Positions 17,988 to 27,294 are shown, counted from the stretch's first letter. The stretch is DNA of 64,000 bases from Patescibacteria group bacterium (GCA_052034495.1 JBPOIL010000001.1:14-64013); one strand, 5' to 3'. Notes: generated by a model not told the origin, from the letters alone. Numbers and translations: made by a program.

Positions 17988-18021
17988 CCGGTGAGGCTTC
18001 GGCTCTGCCGGGTTTCACTTT
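17988..18021 (+). terminator. hairpin (UUCG tetraloop) + T-rich tail
   Basis: CCCGGTGAGGC-ttcg-GCTCTGCCGGG then tttcacttt. Confidence 0.45.
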
Positions 18022-18046
18022 GCCGGGGACATTGGCCTACCGAAGA

Positions 18047-19861
18047 CTATTGATAGCTCTTGGCCTGTTTGCTGAAGAGCTCGTGATAAACGCCCGTCTG
18101 CTTCATCAGCTCCTCATGTTTACCCTGCTCAATAATTCTGCCATTATCCATCACTACAATGAGGTCTGCGTCTCGCACTGTGCTAAAACGATGCGATATT
18201 ACAATTGCGCCCTTGCCAGCCTGCATCTTCCACAAACTGTTAAAGATCGCGGCCTCTGCCCGAGCATCAATGGCGCTCGTAGGTTCATCCAGGACTAACA
18301 CGTCAGCTTGGCGGTAGAAAGCGCGGGCTAGCGCGATCTTCTGCCACTGCCCGCCAGAAAGTTCCACTGAACTGTCATAAAAACGCGTTAGGAGCGTATC
18401 TTCCTTCTTGGGCAACTGGTACACGAAGTCAGCTTGGGCATCGCTTATGGCCTTCTTGAGCCGCTTGGGGTCGGCTTTGGTCGTCGGGTCAAAGGCTATG
18501 TTTTGAGCAGCAGTAAGGGGGTAGCGATTGAAGTCCTGCTGAATCACCGCCAACTTGCGGTACCAACTATCCAAGTCAATTTCTCGCAGGTCTACCCCGT
18601 CCACCAGGATCTGGCCCTCGTCGGGATCATAAAAGCGCAGTAGCAACTTGGTCAACGTAGTCTTACCCGCGCCGTTCACACCAATAAGGGCCATCTTCTG
18701 GCCAGATTCTAGCCTAAAACTAACATCTTTAAGCACCTTCTTACTAGTGCCTGGGTAAGTAAAGCTCACCCCATAAAACTCGATTACTGGTATCTTTCCG
18801 CCGTGAGGCAAAACTATAGCGTGCTCTAGCTGGACGATCTTGGGGGTGGCGTTCATGAGCACAAAGAAGTCCTCTACGTTGGCGAGCTGTTCGTAGACAG
18901 TGCGAAAGTTCCGAACCAAGTTGCTACTGGAGTTTTCTAGTCGAGATACAAGGTTGTCGTAGAAAGTATAATCGCCAATTCCAAACGCGCCGTTTGAGTT
19001 AATAACCCTCAGAAAAAGCCAAACTCGAGTAATAATGGAGGTAACAACCCCGACCCCCTCAGCAGTTCCTTCGATAACCGAAGCTTGCTTTTGCTGGTCT
19101 ACTTCTTGCCTTGAGAGGTCATCATGATTCGCCCTAAATCGCTTTAAAAATGCGCCAATAGCTCCAGCCGGGCGGAGCTCGCGTATGAACTGCCACTCGC
19201 TCAGGTTAGAGCGTAGCGACCAATTAAGGCGGCGCTTCTCGCTTAGTATCACGTTCAGTTCGCGGAAGCGGTCGGCGTTAATCAGGCTTGAAGCCAGGCG
19301 GGGGACGGACGACACCGCCGCTAGCACAAAGAGGACGGGGCTGAGACTAAGCACTGCGACCGCCGCAATGACAATTGAAACAACATCGCTCAGCATTCGA
19401 GATAGCAGCCTCATTACCCAGTTTATGTCCAGCTTATCAACCCGAGAGAGAGTATCTTGGAACTTTGGATCTTCAAAGTAGGCGGCATCTAACTCGGCGC
19501 AACGCTCGGCAATGAGTCGGTCAAGTTTGTAGCGCGATGCGACCTCTGTTTTAGTCATAAGGTAGTCCTGAAAGTTACGCCCCGCGAGCTCCAGGATCCC
19601 AAATAAGCCAGTTATAGCAACGAGGTACCAGAACTTAGGAAAAACAGTACTGATGTTGCCGCTTAGGTATGAGGTGATGAGGTTTATGATAAGGGCGTAG
19701 AGATAACTTCGGCCGATGGAACTAACTGTGAGGACTGCATCGAATATCGGCATGGCCACGGTCAGCCAACCGGTCAACGTCCACTGGAGTTTTAAGCTCA
19801 GCGAGAGGTACTTACCAAATGGTTTTTTAGCTTTTTTCGGTTCGCCCATAATTCTAAGCAT
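18047..19861 (-). CDS. ABC transporter permease/ATP-binding fusion protein (exporter type)
   Basis: N-terminal 6-TM domain. C-terminal NBD with Walker A GVNGAGKTT, signature LSGGQWQKIALARA and Walker B VLVLDEPTSAID. Confidence 0.85.
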   Translation of the reverse strand: MLRIMGEPKKAKKPFGKYLSLSLKLQWTLTGWLTVAMPIFDAVLTVSSIGRSYLYALIINLITSYLSGNISTVFPKFWYLVAITGLFGILELAGRNFQDYLMTKTEVASRYKLDRLIAERCAELDAAYFEDPKFQDTLSRVDKLDINWVMRLLSRMLSDVVSIVIAAVAVLSLSPVLFVLAAVSSVPRLASSLINADRFRELNVILSEKRRLNWSLRSNLSEWQFIRELRPAGAIGAFLKRFRANHDDLSRQEVDQQKQASVIEGTAEGVGVVTSIITRVWLFLRVINSNGAFGIGDYTFYDNLVSRLENSSSNLVRNFRTVYEQLANVEDFFVLMNATPKIVQLEHAIVLPHGGKIPVIEFYGVSFTYPGTSKKVLKDVSFRLESGQKMALIGVNGAGKTTLTKLLLRFYDPDEGQILVDGVDLREIDLDSWYRKLAVIQQDFNRYPLTAAQNIAFDPTTKADPKRLKKAISDAQADFVYQLPKKEDTLLTRFYDSSVELSGGQWQKIALARAFYRQADVLVLDEPTSAIDARAEAAIFNSLWKMQAGKGAIVISHRFSTVRDADLIVVMDNGRIIEQGKHEELMKQTGVYHELFSKQAKSYQ

Positions 19862-19933
19862 TATATGGCAATTCTATCTACCGCACCAGGCTAGCTTGAG
19901 GAGGCAAAGTCAGTCTAGGTTAAATCGAAGGTA

Positions 19934-19962
19934 TTGACCAACTAAGCCCATTATGTTATTAT
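19934..19962 (+). promoter_or_regulatory. sigma70-like promoter TTGACC-17-TATTAT
   Basis: TTGACCaactaagcccattatgtTATTAT. Confidence 0.4.
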
Positions 19963-20018
19963 TTCAGTCTTGTTCGGGGAAACCGTAGTACCCGACTAGA
20001 GCCCACAAGGGGAATCAA

Positions 20019-20570
20019 GTGATCAAGCAGTTGCTGCAGAGCGTGCTCACCATCCTGAGTGCGATGAAGACCAAGGTGGTCGTCAAGGCGACGATCTCCG
20101 CCGACGAGACGATCGGCGCCGACGCCACGGCGAAGACCCGCTTCGACCACATCACCACCTCGCTCCACACGATGGCCACGAACATCGCGGCGATCATCGA
20201 TCCCGAGACGTCGTTCGCCAAGGAGTGCACCAAGGACACCTCCGGGACGATCCCGTTCGGGTTCTACTTCCCGCTCATGGACGGCACGCGCCTCGAGCTC
20301 GAGTTCGGCGTCACGACCATCGGCTACACGCCGACGGCGCGCGACATCCACGAGATGGTGGCCGAGGGCATCGAGCCGACGATCGACCTGATCGGCAAGC
20401 TCATGGGGCAGGACAAGACGGGTGAGGAGATCGAGTCCTGGAAGCGCTCCTCGATCGAGGGCATCCACGAGCAGCTCGGCCTCCCGATGCACCACAGCGA
20501 GCTCGTCGGCGCCACCACCGGCGGCTCCGGCAGCGAGGGCGGCGGGCACGCCACCAACCTCGACGGCTGA
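20019..20570 (+). CDS. hypothetical protein (183 aa), ~64% GC
   Basis: GTG start with AAGGGGAA RBS. High-GC third-position codon usage unlike neighbouring genes. Terminated by twin hairpins. Confidence 0.5.
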   Translation: MIKQLLQSVLTILSAMKTKVVVKATISADETIGADATAKTRFDHITTSLHTMATNIAAIIDPETSFAKECTKDTSGTIPFGFYFPLMDGTRLELEFGVTTIGYTPTARDIHEMVAEGIEPTIDLIGKLMGQDKTGEEIESWKRSSIEGIHEQLGLPMHHSELVGATTGGSGSEGGGHATNLDG

Positions 20571-20594
20571 CCTTCGGGTCAACCACGGCAAAGG

Positions 20595-20666
20595 GGCCGG
20601 GGGAGCGCGTCTCCCCCGGCCACGCGCCACCCATAAGGACCTTTCGGAAGAAGGGTCCTTCTTTCG
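20595..20666 (+). terminator. twin hairpins: GGCCGGGGGAG-cgcg-CTCCCCCGGCC then AAGGACC-N11-GGGTCCTTCTTTCG
   Basis: The second hairpin belongs to the repeated terminator family (see 5311-5348). Confidence 0.5.
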
Positions 20667-20694
20667 CTCACAATAATTTTGCTATCATAGAACC

Positions 20695-21387
20695 ATGATT
20701 ACCATACGCAAATCAGAAGACAGAGGTGGTGCCGACCATGGCTGGTTAAAGGCCAAGCACAGTTTTTCTTTTGCAGGCTACTACGACCCTGCGCATATGG
20801 GCTTCCGTTCGCTAAAGGTAATTAACGAAGATGTTATTGCTGGCGGGGCCGGTTTTCCACCCCACCCACACGAGAATATGGAGATAATTACCTACATCAT
20901 CTCCGGCGAGCTGGAGCACAAAGACAGCATGGGTACAGGGTCAGTTATAAAAGCTGGGGAAGTGCAATATATGAGTGCTGGCACGGGCGTAGTACATAGT
21001 GAGTTCAACCACTCCGCGTCCTCGCCGCTGCATTTGTTACAAATCTGGCTGATGCCGAACGAGTTTGGCGCGACTCCGCGCTACGACCAGCAAGCCGTCG
21101 ACTCGGCGAGTATCACGAACAGACTAGGTCTTATCGCCTCGGGCAACGAGGGCGGGATACACGTGCGTCAGGACGTGAGCCTCTACGCCAGTAAGCTGGC
21201 TAGTGGCAAGGCCGTTGAGCACCAGCTCGAAGAGGGTCGCGCGCTCTGGCTACAGCTTATATCCGGGGAAGTTGCAGTAAACGACGAGTCAATCCAGGCT
21301 GGCGATGCAGCCCGCATAGAGCGTGAGGATAGCGTCAAAGTTACAGCTAAGTCTGATGCCCACTTCCTCCTCTTCGACCTCTCATAA
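20695..21387 (+). CDS. pirin family protein (cupin)
   Basis: HPHENMEIITYIISGELEHKDSMG pirin N-domain signature; 230 aa. Confidence 0.8.
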   Translation: MITIRKSEDRGGADHGWLKAKHSFSFAGYYDPAHMGFRSLKVINEDVIAGGAGFPPHPHENMEIITYIISGELEHKDSMGTGSVIKAGEVQYMSAGTGVVHSEFNHSASSPLHLLQIWLMPNEFGATPRYDQQAVDSASITNRLGLIASGNEGGIHVRQDVSLYASKLASGKAVEHQLEEGRALWLQLISGEVAVNDESIQAGDAARIEREDSVKVTAKSDAHFLLFDLS

Positions 21388-21421
21388 AGCGCAGTAGCCC
21401 TTGGCATGCTATAATCGGCGC

Positions 21422-21898
21422 ATGAAGAAATACATAATCCCAGCTATAATATCGGCGATCGTGATCTTGGTCATCGGACTCTTCATGTTCGCGCCGAAAG
21501 CGAATGACTACTCATCTAAGAACTTAAGTCCTGCGAAAGACCAGCCTAGCAACCAACAGACAACAGCGAACTCTGACACAGAGGCCACGGCGCCTGGTGT
21601 ATACACAGACTATTCCGAGGAGGCCTTCGCCAGCGCACAAGGTACGCGCATTCTGTTTTTCCATGCGGCATGGTGCCCCCAATGCAAGGCCCTGGATGCC
21701 AGCATTAAGGCTGGTGCAGTGCCTACGAACACTACTATACTCAAGGTAGACTACGACTCTAGCCAGGACCTCAGGCGCAAGTACGGAGTCACCACGCAAA
21801 CCACGCTGGTGCTCGTAGATAGCAACGGCGATCTAGTGAAAAGATACATAGCGTACAGCACGCCATCTCTTGATGCCCTAATCGCCAACCTGCTCTAA
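21422..21898 (+). CDS. membrane-anchored thioredoxin-like protein
   Basis: N-terminal TM helix; WCPQC redox motif. Track ORF trimmed to MKKYIIP. Confidence 0.65.
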   Translation: MKKYIIPAIISAIVILVIGLFMFAPKANDYSSKNLSPAKDQPSNQQTTANSDTEATAPGVYTDYSEEAFASAQGTRILFFHAAWCPQCKALDASIKAGAVPTNTTILKVDYDSSQDLRRKYGVTTQTTLVLVDSNGDLVKRYIAYSTPSLDALIANLL

Positions 21899-22617
21899 TG
21901 CCGCTTATTATCGTATCGTTCTTGGCTGGCATTCTGACAGCGCTAGCCCCCTGCGTACTGCCGATAATACCCGTGGTAATTGGGGGGTCGGTCTCTGGAA
22001 AGCCGGATAGAAAGAAGCCATTTGTAGTCTGTGCTTCTCTACTGGTATCGGTCATTGTGTTTACACTTATCCTGAAGGGCAGCACACTATTGATCGGTAT
22101 CCCGGACGTATTCTGGCGAACGCTCTCTGGGGTGATGATAGCGTTCTTTGGGCTTACTCTGCTTTTCCCATTACTTTGGGACAAGCTCACAGCCTGGACT
22201 GGGCTATTTAACAAGTCTCAACGGGCGCTAGGTGGTGCTTACAAAAAGGGTGGGCTAGGTGGATCAATAATGATCGGGGCGATGCTGGGGCCGGTGTTTT
22301 CCAGCTGTAGTCCGGTTTACCTGTTCATTCTTTCTACCGTGTTACCGCGCAGTTTTGCCGAAGGCATAGTCTACATCATAGCCTACGCACTTGGGCTCTG
22401 TGCCGTCTTGCTGCTAGTGGGCATATTTGGGCAGAAGGTGATTGCGAAGTTCGAATGGGCCACAAATCCATACGGGTGGTTTAAGCGGGGAACGGGCATT
22501 CTGCTTGTATTGGCAGGGATCGCCATAGTTACAGGCGCTGACCGAAGCCTTCAGCAGTTCGTTGTCGATCGTGGCATTCTAGACATAACTAAGGTCGAGC
22601 AGCAGCTCTTGAAGTAA
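21898..22617 (+). CDS. ccdA: cytochrome c-type biogenesis / thiol-disulfide transporter CcdA(DsbD)-family membrane protein
   Basis: LAPCVLP motif; polytopic membrane protein. TAATG overlap with the thioredoxin-like gene. Confidence 0.65.
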   Translation: MPLIIVSFLAGILTALAPCVLPIIPVVIGGSVSGKPDRKKPFVVCASLLVSVIVFTLILKGSTLLIGIPDVFWRTLSGVMIAFFGLTLLFPLLWDKLTAWTGLFNKSQRALGGAYKKGGLGGSIMIGAMLGPVFSSCSPVYLFILSTVLPRSFAEGIVYIIAYALGLCAVLLLVGIFGQKVIAKFEWATNPYGWFKRGTGILLVLAGIAIVTGADRSLQQFVVDRGILDITKVEQQLLK

Positions 22618-22837
22618 AAAAATAAGGAGCCCTATGGACTCCTTATGTAGGCTGTCCGCAAGCGGACTCTACCTTGTTTGACGCCACCTCACAGGTGACA
22701 CAATCATTATACACCCCGCCACAGTAGGCGAGTCAATAGATTTTATACGAAAATAGTGCGAACTTATCAACAGGCTTGTCCCCATGTGAACAAGCCTAGC
22801 AATTGTGTGCAAACTAAGGGTGTGCTTTAATACTCTT

Positions 22838-23629
22838 ATGCTTAAATCTTTACTTAAAATCCGCCTATCAATCCTAGCTCCTAGCCTTTTTGCCTTCTTT
22901 ATTCTCGTGGTCTTCCTGGTTCCGCGCCAAACGCTAACACCTGGGCAACTTGCACTCTTCTCAGTCAACTCCTTCCTCTTTGGCTACTACTTTAGCCCGC
23001 TACTCAGCGCCCAAAAGAGCAGGGTCGCAGGGCTTAATGGTCTCGCTCGCCAAGAAGAAATGACGATTCTCGACATTCTCAGTCATGCACACCTCCTCAA
23101 GGACAGCACTCGCCATACTCTCAAGGTCAAGCTCAAGACCTACATCGACAGCATTATGGGTAACTATCATATCTCGGCCGATAATGAATATTATGATGAG
23201 CTCCTCTACTGGCTCAAGAATACAAAGGGGGACGACCAGCAAATTCTTGACCAGATCTATAACGAGGTATCAAAAACTCAGGACCACCGTAGTGATATAT
23301 CCAACCTCCTAGCCAGCAAGGTCTATAGCCATGAATGGCTCGTCGTATCTGTACTCTTCTCTATAACTCTGTTCTTCTCCGTCATGACAAATTTTGGCGA
23401 CTCCGTGTTCTTCGGCTTTATGCTTGCCATCCTGTGCGCGGGCCTTTGTATGCTCATGGCCATCCTGATTAAGTTCGCAACCCTTACCCACAAAGAGGCC
23501 AAGCGCATGTGGGACACACTAAGAGAACTCGATACTAAGCACTTTGATGACGTTACGCACCAAGAAGTCACCCAGGAAGTTCATCGCCTCAAGCTCGCCA
23601 ACAAAAAGCGTCACGCCAAGGCGGCCTAG
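22838..23629 (+). CDS. membrane protein, hypothetical
   Basis: Several TM segments. An alternative GTG start at 22805 (the track ORF) has no RBS. Confidence 0.4.
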   Translation: MLKSLLKIRLSILAPSLFAFFILVVFLVPRQTLTPGQLALFSVNSFLFGYYFSPLLSAQKSRVAGLNGLARQEEMTILDILSHAHLLKDSTRHTLKVKLKTYIDSIMGNYHISADNEYYDELLYWLKNTKGDDQQILDQIYNEVSKTQDHRSDISNLLASKVYSHEWLVVSVLFSITLFFSVMTNFGDSVFFGFMLAILCAGLCMLMAILIKFATLTHKEAKRMWDTLRELDTKHFDDVTHQEVTQEVHRLKLANKKRHAKAA

Positions 23630-23683
23630 ACTAGAACGTTTGAGTTCAATCAAGTAAACTGTATTTTGTCCTACCCTGGACGA

Positions 23684-23775
<92 letters not shown>

Positions 23776-23811
23776 TACAAAGAGTCGGTGCTTATGCGCC
23801 GGCTTTTCGTA

Positions 23812-24486
23812 TTACTTCTTAGCTACCGCCAGCCCCCACACAGTCTTCGCGCCGGCTTCTTTAAGGACCCTGGCGCACTCATTCATGGTGGCACCGGTCG
23901 TAATCACGTCATCCACTATAAGTACCCTCTTACCGGCCGCTGCGGCGGGCTTAAAACAAACAAAGTTGCCTCCCACGGCCTTTAGCCGCTGAGTCCTATT
24001 CAGTCGCACCTGCTTTTCGTGCTTAATCCGCAGCAGAGCAGGGGAGTATGGGAGGCCGGTTCTCTTGGCCAAAGACTTAGCGAGCAGTTCCGACTGATTA
24101 TAGCCACGACTGCGCAAAGACGAACCATCGCTCGCCACAGCAGTAATGACTTCGTAGTCGGACAGATCGAAGGCCTTGGCCAAATATCCAGCGAGAACCT
24201 TAGCGGTGCTTCGGTCGTTAGCGTACTTCAGCTTCCTAACAAGCTCCTTTGCATAGTCTTCATACCTCCACAGTATGTAGGCTCCCCTCAGAGCAGTCTT
24301 GCGGGCGCACGTGTTGCACGTTTTTCCGCCTGGTGTAAGCCGATTGCAAAAGACACAGCTCGACACTTTACGCACAAGCTTAGCTTGAGCGCACTCAGTA
24401 CATAGGCTCATCCCTGGCACGCTACACGCTACGCAGTCCGCAGGGGCAATGATTTCGATGATTTTCTGTAACATGAATGTTTGCAA
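23812..24486 (-). CDS. comFC: ComF family protein (phosphoribosyltransferase domain, ComFC-like)
   Basis: N-terminal CxxC...CxxC zinc finger; C-terminal PRTase motif VLIVDDVITTGATM. Confidence 0.75.
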   Translation of the reverse strand: MQTFMLQKIIEIIAPADCVACSVPGMSLCTECAQAKLVRKVSSCVFCNRLTPGGKTCNTCARKTALRGAYILWRYEDYAKELVRKLKYANDRSTAKVLAGYLAKAFDLSDYEVITAVASDGSSLRSRGYNQSELLAKSLAKRTGLPYSPALLRIKHEKQVRLNRTQRLKAVGGNFVCFKPAAAAGKRVLIVDDVITTGATMNECARVLKEAGAKTVWGLAVAKK

Positions 24487-24550
24487 TTACTCCTGATTCG
24501 TGGCTATAATAAGGTTAATCTCAGCGCTAAGCAAGGATAAGGAGTAATTT

Positions 24551-24979
24551 ATGGCACGAAAAAACGATGTGGACGAAGAAATTTTGCAAGAAGAGTTCCT
24601 AGATGACCAGGCAGCCGGTGAGGACTGGATGGCCGAAAACGAGTTCGAAGGTCAGCTTGCAGTAGATGTGTATCAAACCAAAGAAACCGTGGTCATCAAG
24701 GCGCCTATCGCCGGCGTGCGACCAGATGATATTGATGTAGCGATCTCTGAAGATGTCGTAACGATTCGTGGCGACCGCAAGGACGAACGAGCAGTCGAGA
24801 AGGAGCATTACTACGTACAAGAGTGCTTCTGGGGATCATTCTCTCGCTCAGTAATCTTGCCAACCTCGACGATTGCCGATAAGGCTGCCGCTAGTTTGAA
24901 GGACGGAGTTCTCACAATCGAAATCCCTAAAGTTGCGCAGAATAAGGTCAAGAAGATTAAAGTTAGCGCTAGTCTCTAA
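24551..24979 (+). CDS. Hsp20/alpha-crystallin family small heat-shock protein
   Basis: ACD domain (LAVDVYQTKETVVIKAPIAGV...GVLTIEIPK). Upstream TTGCAA-18-TATAAT and AAGGAG RBS. Confidence 0.85.
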   Translation: MARKNDVDEEILQEEFLDDQAAGEDWMAENEFEGQLAVDVYQTKETVVIKAPIAGVRPDDIDVAISEDVVTIRGDRKDERAVEKEHYYVQECFWGSFSRSVILPTSTIADKAAASLKDGVLTIEIPKVAQNKVKKIKVSASL

Positions 24980-24997
24980 CCACGTATAGTCCTAACT

Positions 24998-25026
24998 AAA
25001 AACGACCCACTCGGGTCGTTTTTAGT
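24998..25026. terminator. bidirectional terminator AAAAACGACCC-actc-GGGTCGTTTTT
   Basis: Perfect stem flanked by A5 and T5. Confidence 0.6.
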
Positions 25027-25061
25027 TAGCCTAATTCAGGGGCTAGGGACAGCCAGGCTTA

Positions 25062-26408
25062 CTACTTACTAGTGACCATCTCCTGAGTTGTCCTTGTAGC
25101 CGCCGTATCAACGGCCGACTGCGCATCGCCGCCAGCTAAAACAGCGCTTATCATGTCAGAGAATATCCCATCAACGTTATAGCTGTTGCCCTTGTACCAA
25201 GTTTTTGCTGTGCTTAGCTGGTCTGCAAAGGGACCGAGGTATTTGTCCTCTGACTGCAGATTGATAAGATCTTTACGGGCCGCGGGGCGGTAGGTAGCAA
25301 TGCTGTAGCGGTTCAACTGAGTGCGGGTAGAGGCGAATCTTAGAAAGTCCCAGGCCACCTCTGACTGCTTACTATCCTTGTTGACTTGCTCGACCCAAAA
25401 TTCCGCCTGGTTAATCGAGTTGCCGGTATCAACCTGTGGCAGGGATGTCATCTTGTACTTAAGCTCTGGACTTGCAGCATCAATTTCTGGCGCGCGGTAT
25501 GCATACTCGACTATCATTGCGGCCTTTCCGGCCTTGAAGGCATCGAGCGAGCTTCCCAATTTGCTATTCCACGCGTAGTTCTCGCTCTTTTCTCGGGCAA
25601 AGCTTGTGAAGAAGTTGGTTGCTTTAGCTCCCGACGCATAGCCTGTTCCGTCTGGCTTGTTGAAAGTTGCCTGAGTAGGGGGACTATTCGTCATTGTGGC
25701 CCCATTTTGCTGCATTAGAACAGAGACTATCGAAGTGTAGTCTGTGACAGAGCCGTTCCCCAAGGCAACTCCGGCCAGAGTAATGTCGGCGCCAGAACGC
25801 TGGGTTATCTTGCGGCTCATGTTCATGAGCTCATCCCAGGTTTTAGGCGGGTTCTTATAGCCGGCCTTACTCAATAGATCTTGGTTGTAAAACAGGCCCA
25901 AGGTAGATACCCCAAAAGCCAAACCGTCCACTACCTCGCCTTCTACTAACTTCTTCGAGGCTACATCTACGAACGTGTCCCTAAACTCATTGGCCGTGTA
26001 TACGGTACTGGGAGCCGGGGCATTGTAGTCATCATAGCGGGGGAGCCAGTCGTCCTTAACTGTATATAGATCTGGTAATTTCCCTGCCTTTGCAGCTTCA
26101 GTCAATTGCTTATCGTAATCAGCGGCCTTTAAGTTGCTGAGCTTTATCGTTACATTGGGGTGAAGTTTCTTGTAATCAGCGATTATGTCGCTAAAGGGCT
26201 CGACCCCGTCAACGGTGCGCCAGTAGGTAAGTGTAATCGGCTCAGTAGGGAACTCAAACCGCGAGCCAGATTCTTCGATTCCTTCTACGGATATGGCATT
26301 CTGCGGTTCGGAGGGGATAAGCAAAGCTAGGCCAACAAGAATGGCTAATGCGATGCTAATAGATATGACGGTGGCTTTGTGCCGACTTAAGAAATTCATT
26401 GAACTCAT
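25062..26408 (-). CDS. ABC transporter substrate-binding protein (extracellular solute-binding, family 1-like)
   Basis: N-terminal signal/TM anchor; ~430-aa periplasmic-binding-like body. Confidence 0.5.
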   Translation of the reverse strand: MSSMNFLSRHKATVISISIALAILVGLALLIPSEPQNAISVEGIEESGSRFEFPTEPITLTYWRTVDGVEPFSDIIADYKKLHPNVTIKLSNLKAADYDKQLTEAAKAGKLPDLYTVKDDWLPRYDDYNAPAPSTVYTANEFRDTFVDVASKKLVEGEVVDGLAFGVSTLGLFYNQDLLSKAGYKNPPKTWDELMNMSRKITQRSGADITLAGVALGNGSVTDYTSIVSVLMQQNGATMTNSPPTQATFNKPDGTGYASGAKATNFFTSFAREKSENYAWNSKLGSSLDAFKAGKAAMIVEYAYRAPEIDAASPELKYKMTSLPQVDTGNSINQAEFWVEQVNKDSKQSEVAWDFLRFASTRTQLNRYSIATYRPAARKDLINLQSEDKYLGPFADQLSTAKTWYKGNSYNVDGIFSDMISAVLAGGDAQSAVDTAATRTTQEMVTSK

Positions 26409-26491
26409 TTTACCATGGTAGGCTTACGCTTTAGTAAATCTAAAAGCGCCGCGGGATTACGCAGCGCTCAAGAATAAATAGCCTGGGATAA

Positions 26492-26860
26492 TTACACTAT
26501 ATTGACAACATAATTAGCAATGGAGTAGGCCAGCAATGAAACGACGAGGCCAATCACTGCATATAATATGGTGTCCTTAGCGGCCGTGGTGCCTTTTTGG
26601 TCGCCACCAGACAAAACGTAGCGCAACCCGCCAATCACAATCATGATTACAGATATAATGCCTATGGCCAGTATTAACGTGTTCGTGATCGTGCCAATAG
26701 AGCCCATGAGGTCTGTTGTGCCGAAGTTGCCATCATTTGCACATTCTGCCCCTGCAGCTGCGCCGCCGCTCAAATCACAAGCAGCTAGCGCCCTCTGGGC
26801 GTTTAATGCCACTGAGAGCGCTAAGCCTGATGCTACAGATGTAACTCGCGCTAATCGCAT
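26492..26860 (-). CDS. VirB2/TrbC-like T4SS pilin paralog 1
   Basis: Signal peptide + 2 TM. Conserved block GGLRYVLSGGDQKGTTAAKDTILYAVIGLVV shared with paralog 2. Confidence 0.6.
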   Translation of the reverse strand: MRLARVTSVASGLALSVALNAQRALAACDLSGGAAAGAECANDGNFGTTDLMGSIGTITNTLILAIGIISVIMIVIGGLRYVLSGGDQKGTTAAKDTILYAVIGLVVSLLAYSIANYVVNIV

Positions 26861-26868
26861 AGAACTTC

Positions 26869-27222
26869 TTAGAGCTGGTTGATTACGAAGTTCATGATGG
26901 AGTAGGAAAGGAGCGCAACGACCACACCGATGATGGCGTACAGAATGGTGTCCTTGGCAGCCGTAGTGCCTTTTTGGTCGCCGCCCGAGAGAACGTAGCG
27001 GAAGCCACCGATAATCAACATGATTACAGATACGATACCAATGATGGTAATCATCAAGTTCGTGATTCCTGCAATTGAGTCAGTTAGGCTCGTTGTCTCT
27101 AGGTTGCCTTGTGCTGCATTGATGCCTTCTTGCGCATCAGGGTTAGCGGCAAGCGCAGTACCCGCAGACAACATTACCCCTGTTAAGCCCAAGCTAACCT
27201 TTGTGGTGATTTCTTTTACCAT
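26869..27222 (-). CDS. VirB2/TrbC-like T4SS pilin paralog 2
   Basis: Same architecture. Block GGFRYVLSGGDQKGTTAAKDTILYAIIGVVV. Confidence 0.6.
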   Translation of the reverse strand: MVKEITTKVSLGLTGVMLSAGTALAANPDAQEGINAAQGNLETTSLTDSIAGITNLMITIIGIVSVIMLIIGGFRYVLSGGDQKGTTAAKDTILYAIIGVVVALLSYSIMNFVINQL

Positions 27223-27294
27223 TTTAATAAATTCTCCTTAAACAATTATGCTTAGATTGTATATGACTCCACCTGGTTTGACAACAAAAACTTA

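Noticed and set aside
24487-24550. CIRCE/HrcA operator upstream of hsp20
   Set aside because: Only a partial match (TTAATCTCAGCGCTAAG) was found. The inverted repeat TTAGCACTC-N9-GAGTGCTAA is not present.
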